A stretch of 64,000 nt of DNA, taken from assembly GCF_006345805.1 (NCBI RefSeq), contig NC_043000.1, positions 101,184,001-101,248,000 on the forward strand. The letters are read 5' to 3'. This DNA is from Octopus sinensis. Lineage: Eukaryota. Numbering within the stretch: the stretch's first letter is position 1; each line of letters opens with the position of its first letter. The notes under the pieces were generated by a model, which worked only from the letters and a program-made list of their open reading frames with translations, did no database searches and was not told the DNA's origin. Of the stretch, positions 1 to 11,848 are shown one piece after another. A program made the position numbers and the translations under genes.

Positions 1-49
1 CTTGTTTGTCCCCTCTGTGTTTAGCCCCTTGTGGGTAGTAAAGAAATAG

Positions 50-186
50 GTACTTATTTCATCGACCCCTCCCACCCACCCCAAAGGATGAAACTTCAGC
101 AGAATTTGAACTCAGAATGTAAAGATGGATGAAATACTGCTAAGCATTCTGCCTGGCATGCTAACAATTCTGCCAGCTTGCCTCCA
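50..186 (-). mobile_element. tRNA-derived SINE fragment (family C, head GGCGGCGAGCTGGCAGAATCGTTAGC)
   Basis: Reverse complement matches the + copies at 14930, 62697 and 62934 (gttctgagttcaaatt...tttcatccttt...gtcgat). Confidence 0.7.
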
Positions 187-1406
187 TTATTGGTTTGTAA
201 TAATGGTACCAGTGCAGGCTTAAGATACGGGCACATTGTGGGGAGGGGTTCCACAGATCCATGTGTCTTATACTAATCTACATATAATTCAGAATAATTG
301 TTGATGATGAGGTTTTGTTGAAGAATGAACAAGCTAAAAATATTTCTTAATTCAACATGTTTATTCCAGTTTCCATATCAGAAAGTTGTCATAATATATT
401 ATTTTTGTTGAATATTCAAGCTTATACGTGATAGTTGAAGAGATAAACAAATAAAATACATTTTTTACTGCCATGTGTATTTGTACCTACATATGAGAGT
501 GAAAAGAGTGAAAACAAATGAAGTGAGAGGGGGGTGAGATAATGTCATAATGGCATATCATAAGACAAAACCTCTGCTGCAATTATTTTTAGAGATTGAA
601 TTATACCACATAAAATATTGGTAAACTTTGTCATATGTTTTTGTATTTTGATACAAAAAGTCAAGGTTGTTCTTTATATTTCTATTTACATTTTATTGCA
701 TTTGCCATAAAAATGTGATTGGTTGTAATGTATGTTGGTAGGCATGTTAATTATCTGTATGGGTAGTTTATTGCATGCTGTAATAAAATAAATGAAGGAT
801 ATTAGCTGAATTTGAATCCAAATTCAAAGAAAAATGTTGTAAGATCTGAGGAGCCATCCACCATACATGCATATTGTGTTTTGCTGTCTGTAAATAAATA
901 TCCTTGGTCCAAGTGTATTACTTTACACAAGGACCTAAAGTGCTGTTATCATGGCCCTGGACGTTAGTGGTTGTTTGACCCCTAGGTCATTTTGATGAAG
1001 TAGGGCTATCCCTGAAATCATTGCAGTTAAAACCAATCTGCCTTTTTGAACTAGATTGTCCAATGTGAGCATTGAAGATATTTTTTGGCTGCTATTTTTA
1101 AAGATCGATTGACTGTGTATAGTCCCCTTTGATATTAGTCATGAATTAAATCAGTTACCTGACTTTTCATCATAACATGCAAGCATATATGAATTACTTA
1201 AGTTTTTTTTAATTCTCTTGTGACAGTCATTGAACTTTGGCTATGTTGGTGCACCACTTTGCAGGGGCAGTCAAACAAATCTACCCCAGTACTTCTTTTA
1301 AATATCATGCTTATTCTTTTGGTGCCTTTTACGAAACTGCTAGATTACAGGGGTGTAAACAAACCAACATATGTTCGCAAGCTGTGAGAAGTCAAACACA
1401 CCTATA

Positions 1407-1640
1407 TCATCATCATCATTCAATGTCTGTTTTCCATGCTGGCATGGGTTGAATGGTTTGACAGAAAACTGGTGAGCTGGGGAGTTGCAACGTGTTCCAA
1501 TCTAATTTGGTATAGTTTCTAAAGCTGGATGCCCTTCCCAATGCCAACCACCCCAAGAGTGCAGTGGGTGCTTTTTAGATGCCACTGACAAAGTTGCCAG
1601 TTACAAAACACTAACATTGGCCATGACTATGATCTCGCTT
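1407..1640 (-). mobile_element. 5'-truncated 3' end of the RTE LINE (family A)
   Basis: Begins with (CAT)n and carries ttccatgctggcatgggtt and ggatgcccttcc; similar to the reverse complement of 19370-19540. Confidence 0.8.
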
Positions 1641-2379
1641 GTCGTGCCAGGTCTTTTCAAGTATGGTATATTGTCAATATATATATCTCATCAGTGGCAG
1701 CAGCTTAATGTCCACTTCTTTTTTTTGGGGTAGATTTCCCACATACATATATATATATATATATAAATGCGCGTGTATATATATATATATATATATAAAT
1801 GCGCGTGTGTATATATATATATGTATGTATGTATGTATATGTGACAAGTGAATGAAGTATTATGTAATGAACTTTATTAAATTCAGTGAAGTTCATTAAA
1901 TAATTTTTTGCTCATTAATCATATTTTATTACACTGTTCATGATTAACACTTTCCTGAAGCATATATATATTGATTATTAGCTGATATATATATTAGTAT
2001 ATTGATTATATATATATATTAGTGTATTTATTTATATAAATTATATAATAATGATAAGGGTTATGATGAAATAGCATTAGCTTTGATTTACATTTATGTA
2101 TCAATACACCCTCAAATAGACCTACATATGTTTTGACTGTATTGGTTAGTAATCGTTGCTATTGCAGCATAACTATAATATCAGTGCAGTTTCTTCTGGG
2201 TTTTCTCTCTAATATCCTTTGAGATTTAACTGGTGAAAGTTTTATGTTGATTTTAGTTGCATTCAATGAAGTGGAGTTGTACGTTTATATATGTATTGAT
2301 TATTTATTAGTATATCGATTATTAGCAGAGATATACATGGGATGGAAGTGGAGTGGGGCAAAAAGTACCAGGCTTTAAG

Positions 2380-2565
2380 GGTATTGTGAGAGGCCTGGTT
2401 GGTGGTCAAAACCTCAGTTCTTTTATAGTGCTTAGAAGAACTGAATGACCGCTGCAATAAATGTGTGAGTCTGAGCAGAGAATTTGTTGAAAACAATCAC
2501 AATTAACTGATCCTCCTGTATTTTCCTTTACCCAAAGCCAGGAACTTTACAGTACGCCCTCGTAC
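2380..2565 (+). mobile_element. Tc1/mariner 3' remnant
   Basis: One frame reads LEELNDRCNKCVSLSREFVE, like mariner C-termini (RWxKCVxxxGEYVE). It is followed by cccaaagccaggaactttacagtacgccctcg|TA, a TIR-like end next to TA. Confidence 0.5.
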
Positions 2566-2596
2566 ATATATAAAATCATACACACACACATACACA

Positions 2597-2635
<39 letters not shown>

Positions 2636-2843
2636 GTAAATTAAACAGAAAATGGAGAAATATTGATCAACAACAATTGACTTACATCTATCATTATTTA
2701 TTAATTCAATACAAATAGACTGCATCCCAACTAACAGCTGTTTCTGCTTCCGATGTTAAATGGTATTGCCATTGATATTCTAAAAATAATATTCATCATA
2801 TTTGGTAATAAAACTGATCTGGAAAATGGCCCTTCATCAGAAA

Positions 2844-2989
2844 GAAGAAAAATACATGCATAAAAGAAAAGAAGAGCCAAGAGAGGCAAAAGAAGGCTAA
2901 ATATGATACATAAGCAAACTGGTATGATTTAAACATATTCAGCCTTTTCTTTTCCTCTCTTGGCTCTTCTTTTATGTATGTGTTTTTCT

Positions 2990-2991
<2 letters not shown>
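2844..2991. repeat. Imperfect inverted repeat (arms 2844-2905 and 2934-2991, 28-nt loop)
   Basis: gaagaaaaatacatgcataaaagaaaagaagagccaagagaggc...aatatg pairs with catattc...cctctcttggctcttcttttatgtatgtgtttttcttc. Confidence 0.8.
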
Positions 2992-3031
<40 letters not shown>

Positions 3032-3729
3032 GTTTCCATACAGTTACTGTCCACCAAATTCATTCAGAAAACTTGGTCAGTACAGGAATATTGAAGAAGA
3101 TACTTGCCCAAGATGCTGCATGGTGGAATTGAATCCAAAACCATGTGGTTGCAAAGCAAATTTCTTAACCACACAACCACAAATGCTATCTCATATATAT
3201 TTTTTCTTGTTTGATTTTATCAGCCTGGATAACAAGGCTTTTAAGTATTTGAGAATGCCAAGGGTGGGACAGTGATAAATTAGGAATGACTTTGTATTAA
3301 TTTGATTAGTCACATTAATATACACGTTCGTTTCAGTTGATTATTTATGATACATGATCTTATCTTTTTGTAATTACTGACATAGAAATATCTTTAAAAT
3401 AAATCTTTGAATTTGTTAATGAATTTTAAATTCAGTTTTAGTTACACAAATATTTATACATACTAATGTGTGAGTGTGTTTAATGCAGATGTACAGATAT
3501 CATAAAACACTCATAACTATATTTTGATTTATGCAAGCACATAAAAACTCATACACACAAACACATACATATACATACATACATACATACATATGAAATA
3601 GTGTACATTTAAACATAAGAGAAATTACCTTGAACAGGTAATTTTACATGCTAGAAGAAGCAGCCAAAACGACTGAAACCACATTTAAGAGCAATTTCGA
3701 AGGGAATGAAAAAGGAAAACTTTTACTTT

Positions 3730-3815
3730 GTTATTTTTTTACGGTTATACCTAGGTTTCAAATTTTTTTGGCAAATAAAATAATTTGCCAGGCGAAATTC
3801 TCATCAGTAATTAGG
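3730..3815 (-). ncRNA. Hammerhead-ribozyme-like motif (probably Penelope-derived)
   Basis: Minus strand reads CTGATGAG-stem II (aattt..tggcaaat/atttgcca..aaattt)-GAAAC-ctaggtataacc-GTA. Stem I is poorly supported. Confidence 0.4.
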
Positions 3816-4099
3816 CCATAGCATTAACATATAATTTAGAGACAAATAACAAGTGTCTCATCATTATATGTTATAATTTTTCAAATTCACTGCACAAGCA
3901 CAGTTTCAGTCAGCTGTATATAAGAAGTGCCAAACTGAGTTTCGAAAAGCTAAAATCATATATGAATATATATATATATATTATTTAGGGTATCTAAGAG
4001 ATACCTCCACGTTGGAAATAGCAGCCAAAACTTGACTCGAAAACCATATTAAATGTTCATACAGCACCAGGAGAGAAGACAAAATGGACAAAATAAACT

Positions 4100-4175
4100 A
4101 GGAAAAAATTACGGGATAATTCCAGATCCCGGATTTCTGGTTTTGCATAAGAAATGCTTTGCCTCATCAGTGGAA
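4100..4175 (-). ncRNA. Degenerate hammerhead-like motif
   Basis: Minus strand CTGATGAGG..gcat/atgc..CCAGAAA-tc-cggga..tcccg-TA; the core geometry is non-canonical. Confidence 0.25.
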
Positions 4176-4479
4176 TATACGCAGATAGTAACATAAATTC
4201 ACATATATATACACATATAACATACGAATACTTACATATACAAATGTATACATGCATATATATGCATGTATGCACACAATCAGTTTAAGTTGCCCGCCTA
4301 TAACTCCTCATGCGATATGGTTTAAAACATCACCACAGTAAATACAATGACGAAATAAATATAAAAATATATATAAATAAGGATAAGATCATTAATTTAA
4401 ATACACACACACACATATATATGCACATACATGTATACATAAACATAACCTTTACTTTGCCAGTTATGATGAGGAGTGT

Positions 4480-4770
4480 TTTATAGTTGGTCCAATTAAT
4501 AGAACAGCTTGCTCATGAAATTAATGTGCAAGTGGCTGAGTATGCCACAGACATGTGTACCCTTAACATTGTCCTCAGTGAGATTCAGTGTGACACAGAA
4601 TGCAAAATGGCTAGTCCTTTGAAATACAGGTACACCTCATTTTCGCCTGCTGGGCAGACTAGATCAATGCAAAATAAAGTGTCTTGCTCAAAGACACAAA
4701 GTGCCAGCAGGAATCACACTCATATGTTTACAATTGTGAGTCAAATACCCTAATCCCTGAGTCACACATC
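4480..4770 (-). mobile_element. tRNA-derived SINE with Deu/Nin-like core
   Basis: aaataaagtgtcttgctcaaagacac matches the reverse complement of gtgttcttgagcaaggcactttattt in the SINE at 61411; related pieces lie at ~14380 and ~28870. Confidence 0.55.
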
Positions 4771-4847
4771 TTCACACATTCATACATACACATATGCATA
4801 CATATATATATTTACATACATACATATACATATATATATATATATAT

Positions 4848-4963
4848 AAAATTTAAAGGACTAACCACTAAAAGCGGACGGTCAACATGCTAGATATAGA
4901 CATCAAAATCACTATATCTAGCATGTTGACTGTCCGCTTTTAGTGGTCAGTCCTTGAAATTTT
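4848..4963. repeat. Near-perfect hairpin (~51-bp arms, 12-nt loop)
   Basis: aaggactaaccactaaaagcggacggtcaacatgctagatatag / ctatatctagcatgttgactgtccgcttttagtggtcagtcctt, with 2 mismatches in the 44-bp core. Confidence 0.9.
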
Positions 4964-5051
4964 GTACGTAAAAATATTTTAATCTTCGGATTTTTTTAAT
5001 ATGCTAGGCCACTGGTTTTAATTGATTAATATAAATTTCTACCCTTATTCA

Positions 5052-5103
<52 letters not shown>

Positions 5104-5130
5104 TATAAATATGTATATATATGTATAAAC

Positions 5131-5432
5131 ATTTGAGCGAGGTCGTTGCCAGTGTCACTGGACTGGCTCCTGTGCAGGTGACACATAAAAAAACACCCTT
5201 TGAATATGGCCGTTGCTAGTACCACCTGACTGGCCCTCCTGCTGGTTGCACGTAAAAGCACACACTATACTCTCGGAGTGGTTGGCATTAGGAAGAGCAT
5301 CCAGCTGTAGAAACTCTGCCAGATCAAGATTGGAGCCTGGTGCAGCCATCTGGTTCGCCAGTTGTCAGTCAAACCATCCAACCCATGCTAGCATGGAAAG
5401 CGGTCATTAAAGGATGATGATGATGATGATGA

Positions 5433-5436
<4 letters not shown>
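5131..5436 (+). mobile_element. 3' end of RTE LINE (family A)
   Basis: cactatactctcggagtggttggcattaggaagagcatccagctgtag...ccatgctagcatggaaagcgg..(GAT)n, followed directly by (TA)n. Confidence 0.85.
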
Positions 5437-5472
<36 letters not shown>

Positions 5473-5554
5473 TATATATAAACATACATATACGCAGTCA
5501 TATACACACACACATATATATGCATGTATGTATGTATATATATATATTATATAT

Positions 5555-5606
<52 letters not shown>

Positions 5607-5711
5607 CATGCACACACACATACAGATAAAAATATACATGTGTATGCACATAAATATATACATGTTTACACATGAATGTATACATATACATACACTTGTT
5701 TATATACACAC

Positions 5712-5750
<39 letters not shown>

Positions 5751-6261
5751 TATATATATATATAATATATATATACACTTCTGCATTTATATATATAAAT
5801 ATCAACACATAATTACGCACACACACACACGCGCGCGCACGCACACACACACGCGCGCGCACGCACACACACACGCGCACGCGCACACACACACGCGCGC
5901 GTGCACACACACACAAGCACACACACACACACAAGTATCACCAAGGAATACTGAGTGTCACAATTAAGCTTAATGGAAAATATGTTGCTGCCATTAAGGG
6001 AAGAATACAAGTAATTCTTAATAGATATAATGTTTGCAACAAGGTAGCTAAAGCATTATCTCTCTATCCACCACCATCATCACTTCCACTGCTATATCAT
6101 AAAGTGTCTGTCATTCCACTGCTAAAACACACCCAGGCATCACTTGTACCATTCTTATGTAAAAGTCTAGCATTATTTCAACTCGAAGGCTTCCCTTGGG
6201 TGTCGTGATATCACAGAACTGATATGCTGCCGCTATGAACTTAACCAGCTCAGTGTCGCCC

Positions 6262-6830
6262 ACACTACCAATTGTTGCATTGATTAATTGGTGCCACTGC
6301 CACCGGCGCCACTGCTGATGTTGCAGGTGCCATCTCTGCTGTCATCAGCACCACTACCACCACCACCACCACCACCACCATCATTACCACCAACTCTGCT
6401 GTCACTACCACCAGTACTGCTTCTGCTACCACCACCACCAGCACCATCATTGCCATCACCACCACCACTGCTGTCACTACCACCACTACCACTACACTGC
6501 TTTTGCTTCCACCACCACATCACTACTAGCGGCTTCACCTCTGCTACAACTACTATTACTACCACCACCATCACTACCATCACTATCACTACCACTGGCA
6601 TCACCTCTGCTACCACCACCATTGTCACTAGCACTACTGTCACCAACACCACCACCGTCACCACTACCATCATCTCTACCACCTCTACAATCTCACTGTT
6701 ACAACCACCGCCACTGTCGGCGCCATTACCACCCCTGTCACCACTATCATCTCTGTGACTGCCACCGCTGTTGGTGTCCCCACCACTACCATTGCTGCCA
6801 TAATCACCATCACCTGTAATACATTGCTCT
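6262..6830. repeat. Degenerate (CAC/ACC/ACT)n trinucleotide low-complexity tract
   Basis: Trinucleotide periodicity gives Pro/Thr/Leu-rich or Val/Gly-rich ORFs in several frames; no domain signature. Confidence 0.8.
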
Positions 6831-7167
6831 CTACTGATGTCATATTCAAGGTCACTTCTGTTTTGGAGCTCTTACTTAAAATATAATGGTAATGCCAATA
6901 GCTATGGTGTAACTGTTTTGTGCTGGGTCAGAAGAATTCCGAAAGAGGTGTTGTGAGGTTTCTTAAGGATATTTTGCAAAACCTCTAACTTCTACCTCTG
7001 ATACATTAGAGTCTGACATTTTGATTGAAATCCACTGTCCTGCTCTAATATTTCCTTATGGTGTGATTTGAGGCATTTGGGTGCTGATCCTAGCAGAGCA
7101 AGCAACCATGTACAGACTACTTCCTGACAAAATCTCTGTGTGTGTGTGTGTGTTGGTAAATTGGTTA

Positions 7168-7527
7168 TTTACCTCTGCCAAGGAAGGAGATTATGTTTTC
7201 ATCGGCGTTGGTTTGTTCGTCTGTCCGTCTGTGTGCAAAATAACTCAAAAAGTTGTGAACGGTATCTGATGAAACTTGCAGGAAAAGTTGGTAATCACAC
7301 AAGGAATAGATGATGATTATGGATTCTTGAAGGATTTTTCAATTGTTATATTTACTTTACATGAAGTATTACAATGTTACGTTCTTTCATTATCTCCCTT
7401 GAAAACATGTTCATTGTTTCCACATAACCTATGGTGGAGTTGCTGTTTCCAAATTTTATTTTCGTTTCTTTATTAGTAATTTTACTCACGTATCTATCTT
7501 AAAATGAGCTGCTTGGCGGAGGTTTGC
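7168..7527 (+). mobile_element. Helentron-associated non-autonomous element (HINE/DINE-1-like)
   Basis: 5' TT-acctctgccaagg, an internal gtctgtccgtctgt microsatellite, and the subterminal inverted repeat cttggcggagg near the 3' end. Confidence 0.65.
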
Positions 7528-7700
7528 GGAGGATGTCATGATAAGCCTTGACTATTGGGATTGACTCAAAAAGCTCAGGCTTTGCTCCCTCCACTGCCAC
7601 TGTGAGCTTGCTGTTGTCATTGCTGTATTATAACTGCTTCAGATGATTCTTGTTTTTAAAGGGTTTTTTTTAAAAAATCATATGGCTGTGTTATTTTTTT

Positions 7701-7833
7701 TTTAAACCCCGCCAAGGAGGTTATGTTTTTGCTGGCGTTGGTTTGGGAAATTGGGCGATTTTCAGCATGCGTGTATATGGGTAGAAATGAGCTCCTTGGA
7801 GGAGGTCTGTGCTCTCTGAGTGCTTTCCTAGTT
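7701..7833 (+). mobile_element. Internally deleted HINE/DINE-1-like element
   Basis: ccccgccaaggaggttatgtttt ... ccttggaggagg, then the hairpin gtgctctctgagtgc and ctagTT. Confidence 0.7.
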
Positions 7834-7845
7834 GATGTGTGTGAG

Positions 7846-8375
7846 AGAGATTCAATGTTGTGAACCATTTAAAAAGTATCTCAGTTGAAAATTCTTAACA
7901 TGCATAAAAAAAAAGTAAACAAAATCATGAAAATTTTCCTGTGACCAGGAGACAATTTAATGTGTCAAATAAGCATATCAATAAATCAATATTTTATCAA
8001 TTAATCCAACTGAGATTTAATCAATGTCTTTACACTGAGATGACTGTAATGTTTTTCTGCTTAGCTGGAGATCGCTAAGAATTTGAGGGCATGCTCTTGT
8101 ATGCATGTTTATGTGTGTGTGTGTGTGTGCGTGTTTATATGTGTGCATGTATATATGTATGTGAATGTTGACTGAAATCTGAAATCATTGATGTGTTAAT
8201 GTGTGTATATATATGTTTACATATAATAAACTGGAATAGCAAGTAGACAAACACAATAAGAAAAATAAATGGATTTTTTTGTAGTTTGTTAGTCTATTAC
8301 AAATCTCTAAATGTATTTACTTTTTAAATTTGTGGGTAAAAATTATCTTTCATCTATAAATGATGTATAATGACT
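7846..8375 (+). repeat. ~530-bp direct repeat, copy 1
   Basis: gagattcaatgttgtgaaccatttaaaaagtatctcag ... ttatctttcatctataaatgatgtataatgac is collinear with 9281-9793. Confidence 0.9.
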
Positions 8376-9044
8376 AAGTGAAGCCAAGTGCATTTAATGG
8401 ATCTTGTACTACTGCTATAGTTTTCTTTTTTGTCTTTCAACATGATTCTAGTTGCCAAGTTTATACAAGTCCATGACACTGCTAAGATATAGTACAGGCA
8501 AGTTAATAAATTAAGTTAGCTTCTTAGTAGGATGGAACCAGAGAACAATATTTCATCAAATTCTTCATTGTCATGACTTTTTGTAGAATAATGTCGTAAA
8601 AATATATTTATTATTTTGCTGAATAATTTTAAATTGGAAAATAGATTAGAACTTCTAGTTTTAATTAAAGGAAGGAAAAAGAAACTAAAAGAACTTCAAA
8701 ATTTTTCTACCTGTACCGGTTTTGTAAGTTATGTGTTACAGGTTGGAGATAATTAATCATTTGATTATTAACAGCATGATTTCCAGTTGCAATGATCCTT
8801 AGTCATTTGTTTGTTGTGTCAGGATGTTGTTTTTTTTCTTGGTGAGACATCAAATCTCATTCACTGCAACATTCCTTCTAAACTTTTGTGCAGCTTTTCT
8901 GATCAAACTTTTCATGTAGAGTCTTTTCATCACACTACTGTTCATTAAAAAATTCTTCACAAAATGATTTTTCATCAGACAACTTTTCAAACAGTTCTTC
9001 ATGAAGTGTATATGTGTTCTATTCACTGGAGGCTGCTACATAAT

Positions 9045-9096
<52 letters not shown>

Positions 9097-9280
9097 CAGA
9101 CACACACACACAAAGTGAATGTGCATACTTAAAGGGAGAGAATCATTTTAAAGTTTTTTCCCTCATTTTATGTTGAGAAATTTTTATCAGAAAAGTGGAA
9201 AGAGGAAAGAGCATACACGTGTGTGTGTGTATGTTTGTGTGTGCGTGTGTGTGTTAGTAAATACGTTATTGATGTGCTTG

Positions 9281-9793
9281 AGAAAGATTCAATGTTGTGA
9301 ACCATTTAAAAAGTATCTCAGTTGAAAATTCTTAAAATGCACCCCACAAAAAAATCCGAACAAAATCATGAAAATTTTTCCTGTGACCAGGAGACAATTT
9401 AATGTGTCAAATAAGCATATCAATAAATCAATATTTTATCAATTAATTCATCTGAGATGTAATCAATGTCTTTACACTGAGATGACTGTAATGTTTTTCT
9501 GCTTAGCTGGAGATCGCTAAGAATTTGAGGGTGTGCTCTTGTATGTTTATATATATATGTATGTGTGTTTATGTGTGTATATGTATATTGACTGAAATCT
9601 GAAATCATTGATGTGCAAATGTGTATATATATATTTACATATAATAAACTGGAATGACAAGAATACAAACAATATCAGAAAAATAAATGGATTTGTTTTT
9701 GTAGTGTGTTAGTCTGTTATAGACCTTTAAATGTATTTGCTTTTTAAATATATGTTTAAAAATTATCTTTCGTCTATAAATAATGAATAATGA
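9281..9793 (+). repeat. ~520-bp direct repeat, copy 2
   Basis: Diverged copy of 7846-8375; it ends at the 5' junction of the CR1 fragment. Confidence 0.9.
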
Positions 9794-10875
9794 CCGCATT
9801 CTTCACCCTATGAGATGTCCTCTGATGTACCACAGGGATCTGTACTTGGTCCCCTTTTGTTTGTTGCATACATTAATGACATGGATGCCAACTTAAAGAA
9901 TGCTACAGTGCTGAAATATGCAAATGATGTCAAGCTGTACCTTGAAATAAAAAGGACAGATCCTGAATGCTATAGATCTTTCCTGCAATTGGACCTGGAC
10001 ACAGTGCAATGATGGATCATGGACTGGCATCTCAAGCAGGCTGTGGACAAGTGTACGATCATGCATTTTGGAAGGAAAAAAACCAGCATCCACATACTCT
10101 CCCCACAAGACTAATATCAAGAAGTCTTCTTGTGAATGTGACCTGGGCATTACTGTCAGCAGCAATTTGCACTGGACAAAGCACATCTCTAAAATTGTCA
10201 AGAAGGCTGAGGGTGTCTTGGCATCACTCAGCAAAACCTTTGTCAGTCACTCTCCAGCAATCTAATGCTGTATATGGCTATGGTGCAGCCACACTGGGAA
10301 TTTGCATTACCAGTCAGGAACCCCTATCTTGCTCAGAACATTGACCTTCTGGAAACTGTTCAGATGCAACCAAGTGAATACCCTCCATCAAGCATCTACC
10401 ATACTCTGAACACCTTGCTTCCTGGGCATAGATACATTTAAGATCCAATGTCTGGCAACTGACTTGATAAACACCCACAAAATTATTAACCATCATGCCA
10501 ACAACCACCTCGAACACCTTTTTGAGCTCCATGTGTCTAACACACATGGGCATGCCTACAAAGTCAGAAAACAGCACAGCTCCCACGACTATCAAAAACA
10601 TTTTTTCACACTCAGAGTTGCTGAAGCATGGAACAAACTACCTGCATCAGTTGTTAGCTGCCGAGACATCGCATCCTTTAAAACCTCCTTGCTTCCTGAA
10701 ATTCGTCAACACTACACCTGATATCCCTCCATACGCATGCACACATGTATATCCTGACTCATACACTGTTCACTTTGATGACATTTGTACATAATTCTAT
10801 GTACTGTACATGCACCTTTGATGAGTTGCAGTGCACCTGAGCACTTTATACAATAATTTCATTATTATATTATTT
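9794..10875 (+). pseudogene. 5'-truncated CR1/L2-group LINE, decayed RT and C-terminus
   Basis: VPQGSVLGPLLFVAYINDM, KYANDVKLY (YADD decayed), DLGITVSSNLHWTKHI, HFFTLRVAEAWNKLP, with stops and frameshifts; the 3' end runs into an (ATT)n-like tail. Confidence 0.9.
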
Positions 10876-11451
10876 TTCAGGAAATTGTATTGCAAACAAT
10901 GACTGTTCATTCCAATGAGTTTTTGGTCAAGCTGTTTTTCATTGATAAATTTTCACTGATAAATTTCTTTTATCAAACTACTTTCCTTTAAGTGATTTTT
11001 TAAAACCAAATGATTTTTCATCAAACACTTTTTATTAAACATATATGAAAACAGTTTGTACAATATACATAATGACCAATTACAAAATAATTTTTTTCTG
11101 TGCAATGGACATAAAATATGTGTGCACTTATATAGGCAGATAAATTTGAGAGAGAGAGAGAGAGAGGGAGAGTACTACTAGTCAAGTTGTTTGTAAAGAT
11201 TTGATGTTCTAAAAATTGTATTATTGAACAATTGCATGATAGTTGCTGAAAAATTTATTTACAAAATGATATATTTTCTAAATTATTGTATGAAAAGTCA
11301 TTTTGGTAAAAATCTGTCCAATGTTTGATGTTAAGCAGTATGTTAGAAAGCTGTTTGATGAGAAGTTTGGTGAAAAGTAGTTTGATCAGAAGTCATTTGA
11401 TGAAAAATCAATTGATGAAAAATTACTTGATAAATACTTGTTTGATGAAAA

Positions 11452-11848
11452 GCAGGAGTGGCTGTGTGGTAAGTAGCTTGCTTACCAGCCACATTGTTCC
11501 GGGTTCAGTCCCACTGTGTGGCACCTTGGGCAAGTGTCTTCTATAGCCTCAGGCCGACCAAAGCTTTGTGAGTGGATTTGGTAGATGGAGACTGAAAGAA
11601 GCCTGTTGTATGTATGTATGTATATATATATGTGTGTGTGTGTTTGTGTGTCTGTTTGTCCCCCCACCATCGCTTGACAACCGATGCTGGTGTGTTTACG
11701 TTCCCATAACTTAATGGTTTGGCAAAAGAGACCGATAGAATAAATACTAGGCTTACAAAGAATAAGTCCTGGGGTCGATTTGCTCGACTAAAGGCGGTGC
11801 TCCAGCATGGCTGCTGTCAAATGGTTGGAACAAGTAAAAGAGTAAGAG
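11452..11848 (+). mobile_element. tRNA-derived SINE (family B, with internal TA/TG microsatellite)
   Basis: A-box-like TGGCTGTGTGG, B-box-like GGTTCAGTCC, tail gaacaagtaaaagag; more than 10 copies in the window. Confidence 0.85.

Noticed and set aside
2796-2993. Type II membrane protein-like ORF (possible glycosyltransferase N-terminus)
   Set aside because: Wrong strand relative to the GT7 exon, GTG start abutting (TA)n, and the hydrophobic stretch is simply the pyrimidine arm of an inverted repeat.
6265-6819. Pro/Thr-rich mucin- or extensin-like ORFs
   Set aside because: Degenerate trinucleotide repeat open in many frames; composition switches mid-ORF; no splice support.
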